Assembly (NCBI GenBank): GCA_048941015.1
Contig: JBHLNZ010000038.1
Location: 1 to 30,528, forward strand
Length of the DNA: 30,528 bases
Direction of reading: 5' to 3'
Source: Promethearchaeota archaeon
Lineage (GTDB): Archaea; Asgardarchaeota; Lokiarchaeia; Sigyniarchaeales; SOKP01
The notes under the pieces were generated by a model, which saw only the letters and a program-made list of their open reading frames with translations, had not been told where the DNA came from and did not search any database. Positions within the stretch are counted from its first letter, which is position 1. The number at the start of each line of letters is the position of its first letter. A program made the position numbers and the translations under genes. Below are positions 1-9,744 of the stretch, piece by piece.

Positions 1-109
1 CAGATAATATTAATATTATTGAATTTAAATTTATTTTAATTATTAAAATTATCTTTTGCTTTTAATAAATTTATTATCTGCCTAATACTAGTAAATTATT
101 TAATAATAA

Positions 110-1081
110 TTAAAGAGATCTTAATCTTTCCTTTTGCCATTTATATGTATTTTCTAAACCTTTATCAATAGACACTTTTGGGGAATATTTTAAGATCTTT
201 TTTGCCTTTGAAATATCAGCATGAGTGACATCTACATCACCTAACTGTTTCTCGAAATATCTGACTTTTTTTAGTTCTCCAGCTATGGAGTACATTTTAT
301 CAACGAGTTGGTTAATACTTATTGGATCAGAGCATCCAAGATTAAATACTTCTCCTTCTACTTTAGATCTTTCACCTGATAAGATTAATCCATCTACTAT
401 ATCTGAGATATAGGTGAAATCTCTCAATTGTTCTCCATCACCATATATCGGAATTTCTTGCTTCTTAAATATCAAATTAAAGAATTTTCTTACTGCCATA
501 TCTGGGCGACCTCTTGGCCCATAGACCGTATAAAACCTTAATGATGTAATGGGTAAATTAAATTCTCTAAAATAATAGTCAGCATAGATCTCACTACATA
601 ATTTAGAAATTGCATATGGACAAATAGGATTTTTTGGATGATTTTCATCAAGTGGTGTATAAACAGGATTTCCATAAACCGAAGATGATGATGCATTAAC
701 AAATTTCTTAATATTATCAAGCTTTAAAGCATATTCAAGAAGATTAACTGTTCCAGTTACATTATTATGTGTTACTGCTGCGGCATGTTCAATTGAATAC
801 CTTACACTCGCATCAGCTGCTAAATGAAATATATAATCAAAATCATCATCCAATTTATTGTACAGGTTAGCGTCTAATATATTTCCTTTAATAATTTTAT
901 AATCTTCTGAATTTCTGTAGATTTTAATAACTTCATTTAATTGCTCTTCTTTACCTATGTAAAAATTATTATAATTATCAATTAGTACTAAATAATTCTC
1001 ATGCTTTAACAGTTCTTCTGTGAGATTTGATCCGATAAAGCCTGCTGCTCCTGTAATTAATATTTTTTTATTCTTAATCAT
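110..1081 (-). CDS. NAD-dependent NDP-sugar epimerase/dehydratase (extended SDR), UDP-glucuronate 4-epimerase-like
   Basis: TGAAGFIG Rossmann motif, SSSSVYG, YxxxK (YAISK), and RFYTVYGPRGRPDMA matching the RFFTVYGPWGRPDMA signature of UDP-GlcA 4-epimerases; GDGEQLRDFTY. Confidence 0.9.
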   Translation of the reverse strand: MIKNKKILITGAAGFIGSNLTEELLKHENYLVLIDNYNNFYIGKEEQLNEVIKIYRNSEDYKIIKGNILDANLYNKLDDDFDYIFHLAADASVRYSIEHAAAVTHNNVTGTVNLLEYALKLDNIKKFVNASSSSVYGNPVYTPLDENHPKNPICPYAISKLCSEIYADYYFREFNLPITSLRFYTVYGPRGRPDMAVRKFFNLIFKKQEIPIYGDGEQLRDFTYISDIVDGLILSGERSKVEGEVFNLGCSDPISINQLVDKMYSIAGELKKVRYFEKQLGDVDVTHADISKAKKILKYSPKVSIDKGLENTYKWQKERLRSL

Positions 1082-1231
1082 AATATGTATTCCCTTATTT
1101 ATCTCTTTAAAATAATCGTGATTAATAATATCTTTGAATATTCTAATTAAATCAAGTTAGAATAAACAAATTAATAATTCTAATAAAATTTAAAGAAACA
1201 TATATTATATTATTCAGTTTTTTGAAATTAT

Positions 1232-2227
1232 TTGAAAAATTTTAAGGAGCAAACCTTGTCTCTAAAAGGCAGAAAAGTTTTGGTAACTGGCGCTGCAGGA
1301 TTTATTGGCAGCAATTTAACAGAAGCATTACTTCACAAAGGCGCGATTGTTGTTGGAATAGACAATTTTTTTAATGGGAGAATAGAAAATCTAGAAGATG
1401 CTTTGAAAAAGAAAAATTTTAATTTTTATAGGGGTGATATTAGAGATTATAACTTTATTTTAGATGTATCAAAGGATATAGAAATAGTATATCATCAAGC
1501 AGCATTTACAAGTGTACCACAATCAATTTTAATGCCTGAATCTTGCAATAATGTTAATGTTAATGGTACTTTAAATATTTTAAATGCTGCTATAAAAAAT
1601 AATATTGAAAAAGTCATATATGCGTCTTCTTCTTCAGTTTATGGGGAAACTCCAACATTGCCTAAAAAAGAAGACATGAAAAGGATCCCTATCTCACCCT
1701 ATGGCGTCTCAAAATTAGCATGTGAAGGCTATATGCAAGTATATTATAAAATATATGGATTACAGACTATGACTTTAAGATATTTTAATGTCTATGGACC
1801 GAGACAAAAAGATTCTCCATATAGTGGAGTAATTGCAATTTGGTTAGGACACATCTTACGGAACGAAGATCTAACAATATACGGAGATGGTAAAAATTCG
1901 AGAGATTTTACTTATATTAAGGATGTTATTCAAGCAAATTTACTAGCATCGGATTATAAGTGTAAAGGAGAGATTGTGAATATTGGTGCTAATAATCCGA
2001 TCACTTTAACTGAACTCGCAAATTTAATGTTAAAACTTACAAATAAAAAAGATCTGAAAATTAAATATACTGATCCAAGACCGGGAGATATACTGTATAG
2101 TTATGCTGATATTTCAAAAGCAATGGATCTTTTGGGTTTCAAACCAGAATATAGTCAAGAAGATGGATTAAAAGATTATCTTAAATGGTATAATTCGAAA
2201 TATGATGCGAATCTAAAATTAAATTAA
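1232..2227 (+). CDS. NAD-dependent NDP-sugar 4-epimerase (extended SDR), WbpP/GalE-like
   Basis: TGAAGFIG, HQAA, SSSSVYG, SPYGVSK, LRYFNVYGPRQ, RDFTY, PRPGDI; TTG start; divergent from the first epimerase. Confidence 0.9.
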   Translation: MKNFKEQTLSLKGRKVLVTGAAGFIGSNLTEALLHKGAIVVGIDNFFNGRIENLEDALKKKNFNFYRGDIRDYNFILDVSKDIEIVYHQAAFTSVPQSILMPESCNNVNVNGTLNILNAAIKNNIEKVIYASSSSVYGETPTLPKKEDMKRIPISPYGVSKLACEGYMQVYYKIYGLQTMTLRYFNVYGPRQKDSPYSGVIAIWLGHILRNEDLTIYGDGKNSRDFTYIKDVIQANLLASDYKCKGEIVNIGANNPITLTELANLMLKLTNKKDLKIKYTDPRPGDILYSYADISKAMDLLGFKPEYSQEDGLKDYLKWYNSKYDANLKLN

Positions 2228-2241
2228 GATTAAAATTAGTT

Positions 2242-4521
2242 ATGACAGAATTAAAAGCAGTAACAAATAAATTAATATTGTTTCTGCACTTAAGGAAAAA
2301 TCTGATATTTTTAACCATTTCAATATTATCGTTATGTTTTATTACGATCAATTTACTTCAGATAAACCAACTATTCGGATTTAATAAGATTTTAGCAATA
2401 GATATGTTATTAAGAATCATTATTTTCTTAAGTACAATCTTCAGTATCTTGTTCTTACCATTTTATCCGCTATATTTTGTTATATTAAAAAAACTTGATT
2501 ACAATTATTTAGAAAAGTTAAGTTTTACTATTATATCGAATCTAATATTCTACATCCTACTAGGCTATCTATGTAGTTTTATAAAAATAGCAATTACAGG
2601 TTTTATTTACTTAATTGCAATTTTGTTTTTATTCTCTTTACAACTATTTTATATCTTATTATTAGAATTCAAAAAACAAAAAATAGTATTCTTTAAAATG
2701 GAATCGAAAAGAATAAACAGAGACATTTTTTATCATAATTTTTCAATATTCAAATATCTAAAAAAGAAAGTACCTCTTAATGCTACATTAATTATTATCA
2801 TATTATTTCTTCTTTCTATTTTGCATGGAGTCAGATTTAGTTTCTTTTATGGTACCGATGCCATGTATCATGTATTTGTAAGTAAATTTATCACGGAACT
2901 CAATTATTTACCGGTTGAACGATATTTTGGTGCTTTAGGGTTACATATATTTGCAGCTGTAATTCATTTTTTTTCTGGGATCGATCATATTTTGATTGCA
3001 AAATACTTCTCGTTTTATACATTTTTTGCTTCAGCGTTAATTATATATAACATTTTAATGAGAATTTTTAAGAATAGAAACTTAGCAATTTTGGGAATTT
3101 TATTTTTAGAGACTACTTCGTTAGGATTCAGTAATATGATGTATCAATTTTGGCCATCGAGTTTAGCTACAATCCAGTCTTTGTTTATATTTTTTTTATT
3201 ATATTCAAGGTTACAAAAGTTAGTAGAAGTGGAAACACCAACTAAAAAAGATTTATTTAATCATCTTATTTTCTCTTATATTTTAATTATTTTTACTACT
3301 ATAAGTGCCCTATTCACCCACTCACTTATTTCAATGGTATTTATTGTATCATATACTTTTATTTTTCTGATTTATTTTGTTAAAGATTTCAAAAGGGGTG
3401 TTGATTTTCTTATATTATGTGTATCAATAAGTATCTTTTTACTTTTATATAATTTTAGTGATATTAGCTTACATTGGAATTTAGTGGATATTATTGATTT
3501 ACCTTGGTATTTACTCTTGATTGGAGTACTATCAGGAATTGTAATTATTTGGAGATTAAGGACTTCAATTCAATTCCGTTCTGGGAGATTTTCTTCTGTA
3601 ATAATGGGGAAAACCAAAAAATATTATAAAAGAATAGAAGACAAGATAATAATTCCCCTATTATTTATTATAGTAGGGATTTTTTCAATTGGATTTATTA
3701 TAGTCAATTTATTCTTTCTTAATTTAGTTTTTTCTAAAGTATTAGTTGCTATTGAATGTTTTATTATGATTTATTTTGGTTTATGGGGTTTAATATTATT
3801 CCAAAAAAAACCCCGAGGGAAAATGTTGTTTTTTTGGTTAGTTGGCTTAGTTATAATATATATCGGTGCATTTGCAATTGATATATTTATCCAGCATGAA
3901 TTCTGGTCAGGAAGGATATTACTGCTTTTTGCTCCAGCAATTATTTTTGGGTTTATATCATATGTTTATAAGCTTTTAAAAATAAGACCATTAAATATTA
4001 GAAAAATTAAAATTTTAATATTAACCATCGTTATATTTATGTTTTTTTCTCAATTTTCAGATCAATTGTTAGATATTGATGACAGAGAGTACAGTTTATA
4101 TAATAGGGAGGTTACAGCTGTTCAATGGTACGCTAATTATACTTCAGATGTAAATTTTATAATATGTGAATTTGGATGGCCTTATGTGTTGATGTATTAC
4201 GATTATCCATATGAAAAAGGTAATTCTAGTATTCAGATAAATGAAATATTCACTTTTTGGCAAGATCCTAAAGGTTTTTTTAAGCCTAGTGATCATATCT
4301 ATGAGAATGGAACAAATAAGTTACAACAATTGAAAGTTAGTAAAGCTACTGACATATATCTCATTTTAGATGATAATTATCTTACTTTACAACAGTGGAC
4401 TATCTACGAAAGGTTAACTCCACAAGAGATGGAACAATATTATAATATGACTTATTTAAATAAGATTTTAATTTCAAAAAGTGAAACTGGAATCGAAGTT
4501 CCATATTATTGGGTTATTTAA
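2242..4521 (+). CDS. Polytopic membrane protein, probable GT-C-fold glycosyltransferase/glycan assembly protein
   Basis: Many hydrophobic helices over ~600 aa, a loop motif GTDAMYH after a TM helix, and a soluble C-terminal domain starting EVTAVQWYANYT; 14 nt downstream of the epimerase. The function is inferred. Confidence 0.55.
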   Translation: MTELKAVTNKLILFLHLRKNLIFLTISILSLCFITINLLQINQLFGFNKILAIDMLLRIIIFLSTIFSILFLPFYPLYFVILKKLDYNYLEKLSFTIISNLIFYILLGYLCSFIKIAITGFIYLIAILFLFSLQLFYILLLEFKKQKIVFFKMESKRINRDIFYHNFSIFKYLKKKVPLNATLIIIILFLLSILHGVRFSFFYGTDAMYHVFVSKFITELNYLPVERYFGALGLHIFAAVIHFFSGIDHILIAKYFSFYTFFASALIIYNILMRIFKNRNLAILGILFLETTSLGFSNMMYQFWPSSLATIQSLFIFFLLYSRLQKLVEVETPTKKDLFNHLIFSYILIIFTTISALFTHSLISMVFIVSYTFIFLIYFVKDFKRGVDFLILCVSISIFLLLYNFSDISLHWNLVDIIDLPWYLLLIGVLSGIVIIWRLRTSIQFRSGRFSSVIMGKTKKYYKRIEDKIIIPLLFIIVGIFSIGFIIVNLFFLNLVFSKVLVAIECFIMIYFGLWGLILFQKKPRGKMLFFWLVGLVIIYIGAFAIDIFIQHEFWSGRILLLFAPAIIFGFISYVYKLLKIRPLNIRKIKILILTIVIFMFFSQFSDQLLDIDDREYSLYNREVTAVQWYANYTSDVNFIICEFGWPYVLMYYDYPYEKGNSSIQINEIFTFWQDPKGFFKPSDHIYENGTNKLQQLKVSKATDIYLILDDNYLTLQQWTIYERLTPQEMEQYYNMTYLNKILISKSETGIEVPYYWVI

Positions 4522-5308
4522 TAGTTTCAAACTTACCTAAAAAAGTATCATCAATTTTTCTTCTTAAAAGTTCACTTTTTTGGCCTTCTATTTTAAACAT
4601 ATTAGGAAGCTTTCCTGCTTGTCCAATTTTGTTTTCTCTGGAAATAAGACCTCCTCTTATTCCATCAATATCATCTATAGCGTCTAAACCCCTTTTTATT
4701 GAAGCTTCAATGTCATTACCTTTTACCAAATTGCAGATTTTTGTTGCTGCTCCGTCTGCTAAGGTTGAATTCTTAGCAAAAATTGTAACAGCATCTGCTT
4801 GACCTAGACTCACTGCATGACCTATTGTAGCAGAACTAGTGGCAATTCCAATTGGACAGTCTTTCTTTTCTATAAGAAATCCGAGATTTAAACTCAAATT
4901 GTTAAATCCTGCATAAAGAGCGACTTTAATTGATTTTTCAGAATTAATAGCAATTTCACCTCCATTTTCTACCATCGCAATTTTAGTAGGAAGCCCTTCT
5001 TCTTGATTTTTAGATTTCATTTCTTTAAGCATTAAATCTGCGAAAGCACCAGCAACAGTTGCCATTGGCCCTACATCACATAATACTGAATACTTTACCA
5101 TTAGATCAACTATTTCAATGTTAGAATTCACTTTAATAGGAGAGAATGAGCTCATAAAGTAATTGTTAGTTGCTATGAATGTTTCTAATTTTTTACGATG
5201 AAAATAAAAGATGCTTTTAGCTTTCAAAATAGCATTTTTTGATTCTGATATTATTGTAACATCTGATTCTTTTTCTAAAAAGTGAAATTTGTATATTTTC
5301 AAGTTCAA
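4514..5308 (-). CDS. UPF0280 family protein (ApbE-like superfamily)
   Basis: VGPMATVAGA, VENGGEI, GIATSSATIGHAVSLGQADAVT and ADGAATKICN motifs typical of the archaeal UPF0280 family; TTG start. Confidence 0.88.
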   Translation of the reverse strand: MNLKIYKFHFLEKESDVTIISESKNAILKAKSIFYFHRKKLETFIATNNYFMSSFSPIKVNSNIEIVDLMVKYSVLCDVGPMATVAGAFADLMLKEMKSKNQEEGLPTKIAMVENGGEIAINSEKSIKVALYAGFNNLSLNLGFLIEKKDCPIGIATSSATIGHAVSLGQADAVTIFAKNSTLADGAATKICNLVKGNDIEASIKRGLDAIDDIDGIRGGLISRENKIGQAGKLPNMFKIEGQKSELLRRKIDDTFLGKFETIK

Positions 5309-5410
5309 TTTTAATAAAATTTACGTTGTCTTAAATTTTGAGATTTTCATTGAAATAAATATAAATAAATTAGCTTTCATTATTATTTCAAAAATTAAAA
5401 TAACTACCCA

Positions 5411-5902
5411 ATGTCTAAAATTAACTACGATCAAATCATTTCGCAACTTAAAAATGATTTAAATTCGAAATGTGCAATAGCAAATAAGTATGGTCTTGTA
5501 TTAGCTTCGTCAATAAAAGAATTTTTTAAAGGAAAAGTAATTCCACATAAAATTATGTCGTTAATTTCTAATTCTAAAGCGATAGCTCAAGAATTAAATC
5601 TTAAAAAGATAAGCTCCTTTGCGATAGAAGCACAAGAGAATAATTACTTATTCACGTTTAGTGATGAGTTAATTTTAATCTCAAAATTAGGTTTAGAGGT
5701 TAATTTAGCAAAATTTATGCCTAGTATAAGTGTGTTCTTGAAAAAATTAAGTGAAAATTATAAAGACGATGAAATAAATGAATTTTCAATTTTTGATTTC
5801 AGCAAAGAAATTGGCAGAATTCATGAAACTCTTAAGGAAGGCAAAATTAATGAGAAAAAATATTCAATAATTAAAGATCTTGTGAAATATGTTTCAAAGT
5901 AA
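5411..5902 (+). CDS. Roadblock/LC7 (MglB/LAMTOR-like) domain protein with C-terminal helical extension
   Basis: Helix followed by a beta-hairpin CAIANKYGLVLASS, then helix, three strands and a helix, consistent with the roadblock fold; lies directly upstream of a small GTPase. Confidence 0.6.
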   Translation: MSKINYDQIISQLKNDLNSKCAIANKYGLVLASSIKEFFKGKVIPHKIMSLISNSKAIAQELNLKKISSFAIEAQENNYLFTFSDELILISKLGLEVNLAKFMPSISVFLKKLSENYKDDEINEFSIFDFSKEIGRIHETLKEGKINEKKYSIIKDLVKYVSK

Positions 5903-5930
5903 AAGGATTAAGTTAAAATTTTACATTTAA

Positions 5931-5936
5931 GGGTGA
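5931..5936 (+). promoter_or_regulatory. Shine-Dalgarno-like motif GGGTGA
   Basis: 6 nt upstream of an in-frame ATA (5943) of the longin-GTPase frame; same motif and similar spacing as AGGTGA (22059-22064) before TTG 22072. Confidence 0.5.
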
Positions 5937-5963
5937 AATGTTATATTAAGACAAGTTTATATC

Positions 5964-8039
5964 TTGAAAGGTAAAGAATTAGTATATTATAGACATTTTG
6001 GAAAAGCTTTAAAAAAGGAAATGTTTGATGCACTTATAAACGACTTAATGAAAGAAGCGTTTGGAAAAGCAGCCGATAAGGTTGAATATCATGATTATTA
6101 TAAATATAGATTATCATATATAACTGAAAAAGAGCACGAATTATTATTTTTATTCGTAACTGGGTTAACTGATAATTTTGATAATATTAAGAAAGAATTG
6201 ATTAAATGTAAAAAAGAATTTTTAAATTTGTTCGAAGATATTTTACAGCATAAATTTGATGCTAAAACCTTTGAAGTTTTTGATCCAACTATAGATTCAA
6301 TTCATAGAAATTTAAGACCAAAGATTTCACTTGTAGGTTTTTCAGGAGTAGGAAAAACTACAATAACCCGATTGATTAAAGCTGAAGAGATTCCAATGCA
6401 GCATATTCCTACTATAACAGGAGATATTGCTACTATAAAAATAGGAAAACTTCATTTTCATTTATGGGATTTTGCTGGACAGGAACAATTTAGTTATCTT
6501 TGGAATAATTTTATTAAAGGAAGTGACGCAGTACTCTTAATTACCGATTCCACTTTAGAAAACGTAGAAAAAAGCAAATTTTTCTTAGAATTAATTAAGG
6601 AACAAGCACCTCAAGCTCATACAGCTGTAATTGGAAACAAACAAGATTTAGAGAATGCAATGAAACCAGATCAGATTGAAAAAATTTTAGGACTTAAATC
6701 ATATTCTATGATTGCGAAAGAAGCAAAAAATCGTGATAAAATGATCCAAATTATTGCTGATATCTTAGAGATGAGTGCTGAAGTGTCCCCACTATTGAAA
6801 CCGCTTTTAGAAAGGGATGTTTATACAGAAGAAGCTACAAAGGCATTAGAAAATGCTGAATTTGAAAAAGCAGCAACTTATTTCGAAAAAATTAGTGATT
6901 TATGTATAGAATTAGGAGATGATTCATTAGGTAAAGAATTTTATGAAAAAGCTCAAAAAATAAAATCAATGCTAGAGAAAGTTAAAAGTCAGCAAACTGC
7001 AGAAACTACAGAAATAAAAGAACCGGAAAAAAAGATCGAAATTGAAGCTGAAAAACCCCCTCAAGCTCCAGAATTTGTTGAAAAAAAACAATTTCCTGCA
7101 GAAGGGTTAAAACAAGAAGAGAAAGGAGTATCTGTAAGACCAACTTCCTTTAAGCCACCTTCTCTTGCACCTCCTGGACCTTCTTTAGATAGAAAGAAGC
7201 CTATAGATGCCAAAGAGGGTCTCAAAAGTGAGCCAAGAGGTTTTATTGAATTTGATAAAAAGGGGGTTCAAAAAATTCCAAAACCAGAAGAATCGATTAG
7301 AACTTTAGAAGAATCTATTCATGAACAAGAAAAGAGTAGTGAAATTAAATTAGAGCCTGATAAAATGGGAATAGAATTAAATCCTGAAGACTTTTTGGTA
7401 AAACCTCGACCTAAGATAGTTACAACAGTACCTAAAGATGCAAAAGCTAAATTAAAAACTTCTCCATTTGCACAAGTGACGAATCCAGAAGCCTCAAAAC
7501 CACCTGTAACACCAGTTCCAACAGAACCGATAAAACCAAAAAAAGAGATAGTTCCAATACCCCCTAGAATTAAAGAAATGGCTCCTACAAAGAATGAACT
7601 TAAAAAACCGGTAATTCCAACTCAAAAAAAGGAAATATTTACACCACCAATATCAAGTATACCTCAAGAACCTATTAAACCTTCGATACCTATTGATCCT
7701 ACAAAAATAGTGCCACCCAAAGAAATTAGGGTTCCACAAAAGCCTGCAGAAGCGATTCAACCAACTAAAACTCCAGAAGAGAAAAAGCCTCCAATAGAAA
7801 CCCCAGAAAAGGCCAGTTCAGCTATGAATGAACAGCAAAAGTCAAACATTGAAAAATCTTTAGTTGATCTTAAAATTAAAAAAGCAAGTATCTCAAAAAT
7901 GGCATTAGATTTTGATATGAAGGAATTAACTGGTGAATTAACCGCAGAAGAGTTAGAAGAAAAAAAAGAAAGACTAAAAAGAATGGAAGCAGAAATCAAT
8001 AAACAGATCAAGGAATTAGAAGATCTTTTAAAGAGCTAA
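5964..8039 (+). CDS. Multidomain small GTPase: N-terminal longin-like domain, Arf/Rag-related GTPase, three-helix TPR/MIT-like unit, Pro-rich linker, C-terminal coiled-coil hairpin (true start possibly 5943)
   Basis: G1 GFSGVGKT, G2 PT, G3 WDFAGQ, G4 NKQD; N-terminal beta-beta-alpha-beta-beta-beta-alpha pattern (ELLFLFVTGLTD) typical of longin folds; ~250-aa P/E/K-rich low-complexity region; heptad C-terminus. Confidence 0.85.
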   Translation: MKGKELVYYRHFGKALKKEMFDALINDLMKEAFGKAADKVEYHDYYKYRLSYITEKEHELLFLFVTGLTDNFDNIKKELIKCKKEFLNLFEDILQHKFDAKTFEVFDPTIDSIHRNLRPKISLVGFSGVGKTTITRLIKAEEIPMQHIPTITGDIATIKIGKLHFHLWDFAGQEQFSYLWNNFIKGSDAVLLITDSTLENVEKSKFFLELIKEQAPQAHTAVIGNKQDLENAMKPDQIEKILGLKSYSMIAKEAKNRDKMIQIIADILEMSAEVSPLLKPLLERDVYTEEATKALENAEFEKAATYFEKISDLCIELGDDSLGKEFYEKAQKIKSMLEKVKSQQTAETTEIKEPEKKIEIEAEKPPQAPEFVEKKQFPAEGLKQEEKGVSVRPTSFKPPSLAPPGPSLDRKKPIDAKEGLKSEPRGFIEFDKKGVQKIPKPEESIRTLEESIHEQEKSSEIKLEPDKMGIELNPEDFLVKPRPKIVTTVPKDAKAKLKTSPFAQVTNPEASKPPVTPVPTEPIKPKKEIVPIPPRIKEMAPTKNELKKPVIPTQKKEIFTPPISSIPQEPIKPSIPIDPTKIVPPKEIRVPQKPAEAIQPTKTPEEKKPPIETPEKASSAMNEQQKSNIEKSLVDLKIKKASISKMALDFDMKELTGELTAEELEEKKERLKRMEAEINKQIKELEDLLKS

Positions 8040-8239
8040 TTATCCTAAAGTTTCATCTTTTTCAAAAAATTAAACATCTTAACTTCTCATAAGAATATTT
8101 GATCTTATTTTAATATATTATTAATATGACTCGGAATAATGAGAATTAAAGAAAGTGAAAGAAGAGTGATAAAATTTTTTATTTATTAATCTTTAAGGTT
8201 TTTAACATTTTTTAATAATATCTTCTAGAGGTCCAAATT

Positions 8240-9661
8240 ATGACTATTAGTATTATGAAATTCGGAGGAAGTTGTTTAACAAATCAAAAATCTTTCGAAA
8301 AAATCCTTAGAATTAGTGAAATTTATGCAAATACTAAAAAAATATACATTACTTCTGCTTTAAATGGTATTACAGATTATTTATTGAATACTGCTCAAAA
8401 TGTCAACAATTCCACAATTGTAGACACTAATATTACTCTTATTGAAAAAAAGCATTTTGATATAATAGAACAAATATTTGATGAAGATAGTGTATATTAC
8501 GAGAAGGTTAAAGATTGGTTAGATGAAAGGTTAAGTGATTTAGAGGATATCTTTGCAGATATCAAGGAATTTGGATTAGAACCGTATTATCAAGATTATA
8601 TAGTAAGTTTCGGTGAAATATTATCAACATACATTTTAAACCAATATCTCTTGAGTAAAAATTTGGATTCAGAATATATCCCTGCAAATAAATTAATCAT
8701 CACTAATGACCAGTTTAATAATGCTTATCCTATTTATCCACTTACTAATGCCAGAGTAGAAAAAATGGTAATCCCTTTGCTAGAAAATCCTAAAAAGGAT
8801 ACTATAATTTGTATAACAGGTTTTATTGGAAGGAATAAAATAGGATTGACGACTACGTTAGGAAGAGGCGGTTCAGATTATACAGCAACTATAATTGCTC
8901 ACTCTCTTTTCGAAGTAGGTAAAGATAAGGATATTAAAGTTATATTATGGAAGGATGTAGATGGACTTTTAGCAATTAATCCAAAATATATATCAGAACC
9001 CTCTTTGATTCGAAATTTAAATTATAGGGAAGCAAAGCATATTGCTAATTTCGGAGCAAAAATTCTTCATCCGAAATGCCTTGAAGCAATAGAAAAAAAT
9101 AAAATTCCATTAGAAATTAGAAATTTTGATAAACCATTAGAAAAGCTTGATTATACAATAGTTTCACAAACTACAGATGTAGAACAAATAAAGGGAATAT
9201 CAACTGTAGATGAAGCAATTCTAATAACGGTATCATCCGGTAGTTTAGTAGATGTTCCAGGCGTTTTAGCTAAGATTTTTAAGATTGTAAGTAAAAACAA
9301 TATAAGTGTCTCATTTGTCGCACAAAGTGCATCTGAAATAGTAACATCCTTTATTATTAAGAAAGAAGATTCTTTAAAAGCAATGAGGGCGTTGGAATTA
9401 TCTGGTTATTTTTCTGAATTTTTTGAGATTAAATACGAGGAAGTTGCAGTCATTAATATCACCGGATTGAAGATTTTGGAAAATAGCACAAAAGCTAAAA
9501 TTTTCCAAGCATTAGATAAAAAGAACATACGTGTTAAAGCATTAAGCCAAGGAACAGAAGAACTCAACATGTCTTTAGTGATAAAAAAAGAAGATTTAAT
9601 CGATGCCATCATTTTAATTCACAATAGTTTATGTGAAGATATTGAATCAGTAAAATGCTAA
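8240..9661 (+). CDS. lysC: Aspartate kinase with two C-terminal ACT domains
   Basis: MKFGGS, SFGEILS, TTTLGRGGSDYTA, WKDVDG, FGAKILHP, ACT repeats (PGVLAKIF..., SQGTEELNMSLVI); GAGGT RBS 7 nt upstream. Confidence 0.93.
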   Translation: MTISIMKFGGSCLTNQKSFEKILRISEIYANTKKIYITSALNGITDYLLNTAQNVNNSTIVDTNITLIEKKHFDIIEQIFDEDSVYYEKVKDWLDERLSDLEDIFADIKEFGLEPYYQDYIVSFGEILSTYILNQYLLSKNLDSEYIPANKLIITNDQFNNAYPIYPLTNARVEKMVIPLLENPKKDTIICITGFIGRNKIGLTTTLGRGGSDYTATIIAHSLFEVGKDKDIKVILWKDVDGLLAINPKYISEPSLIRNLNYREAKHIANFGAKILHPKCLEAIEKNKIPLEIRNFDKPLEKLDYTIVSQTTDVEQIKGISTVDEAILITVSSGSLVDVPGVLAKIFKIVSKNNISVSFVAQSASEIVTSFIIKKEDSLKAMRALELSGYFSEFFEIKYEEVAVINITGLKILENSTKAKIFQALDKKNIRVKALSQGTEELNMSLVIKKEDLIDAIILIHNSLCEDIESVKC

Positions 9662-9744
9662 GAGTCAAAAAAATAGGACCTAAATATCTCAAGAAGTTAA
9701 ATGAGTTCAAATAGGAAAAATTTCTTTAAAAATAAAGGAGAATT

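Noticed and set aside
8079-8149. Imperfect inverted repeat (TTCTCAT/ATGAGAA) upstream of lysC, considered as a lysine riboswitch or leader
   Set aside because: AT-only short stems, no lysine-riboswitch consensus recognised; plausible by chance.
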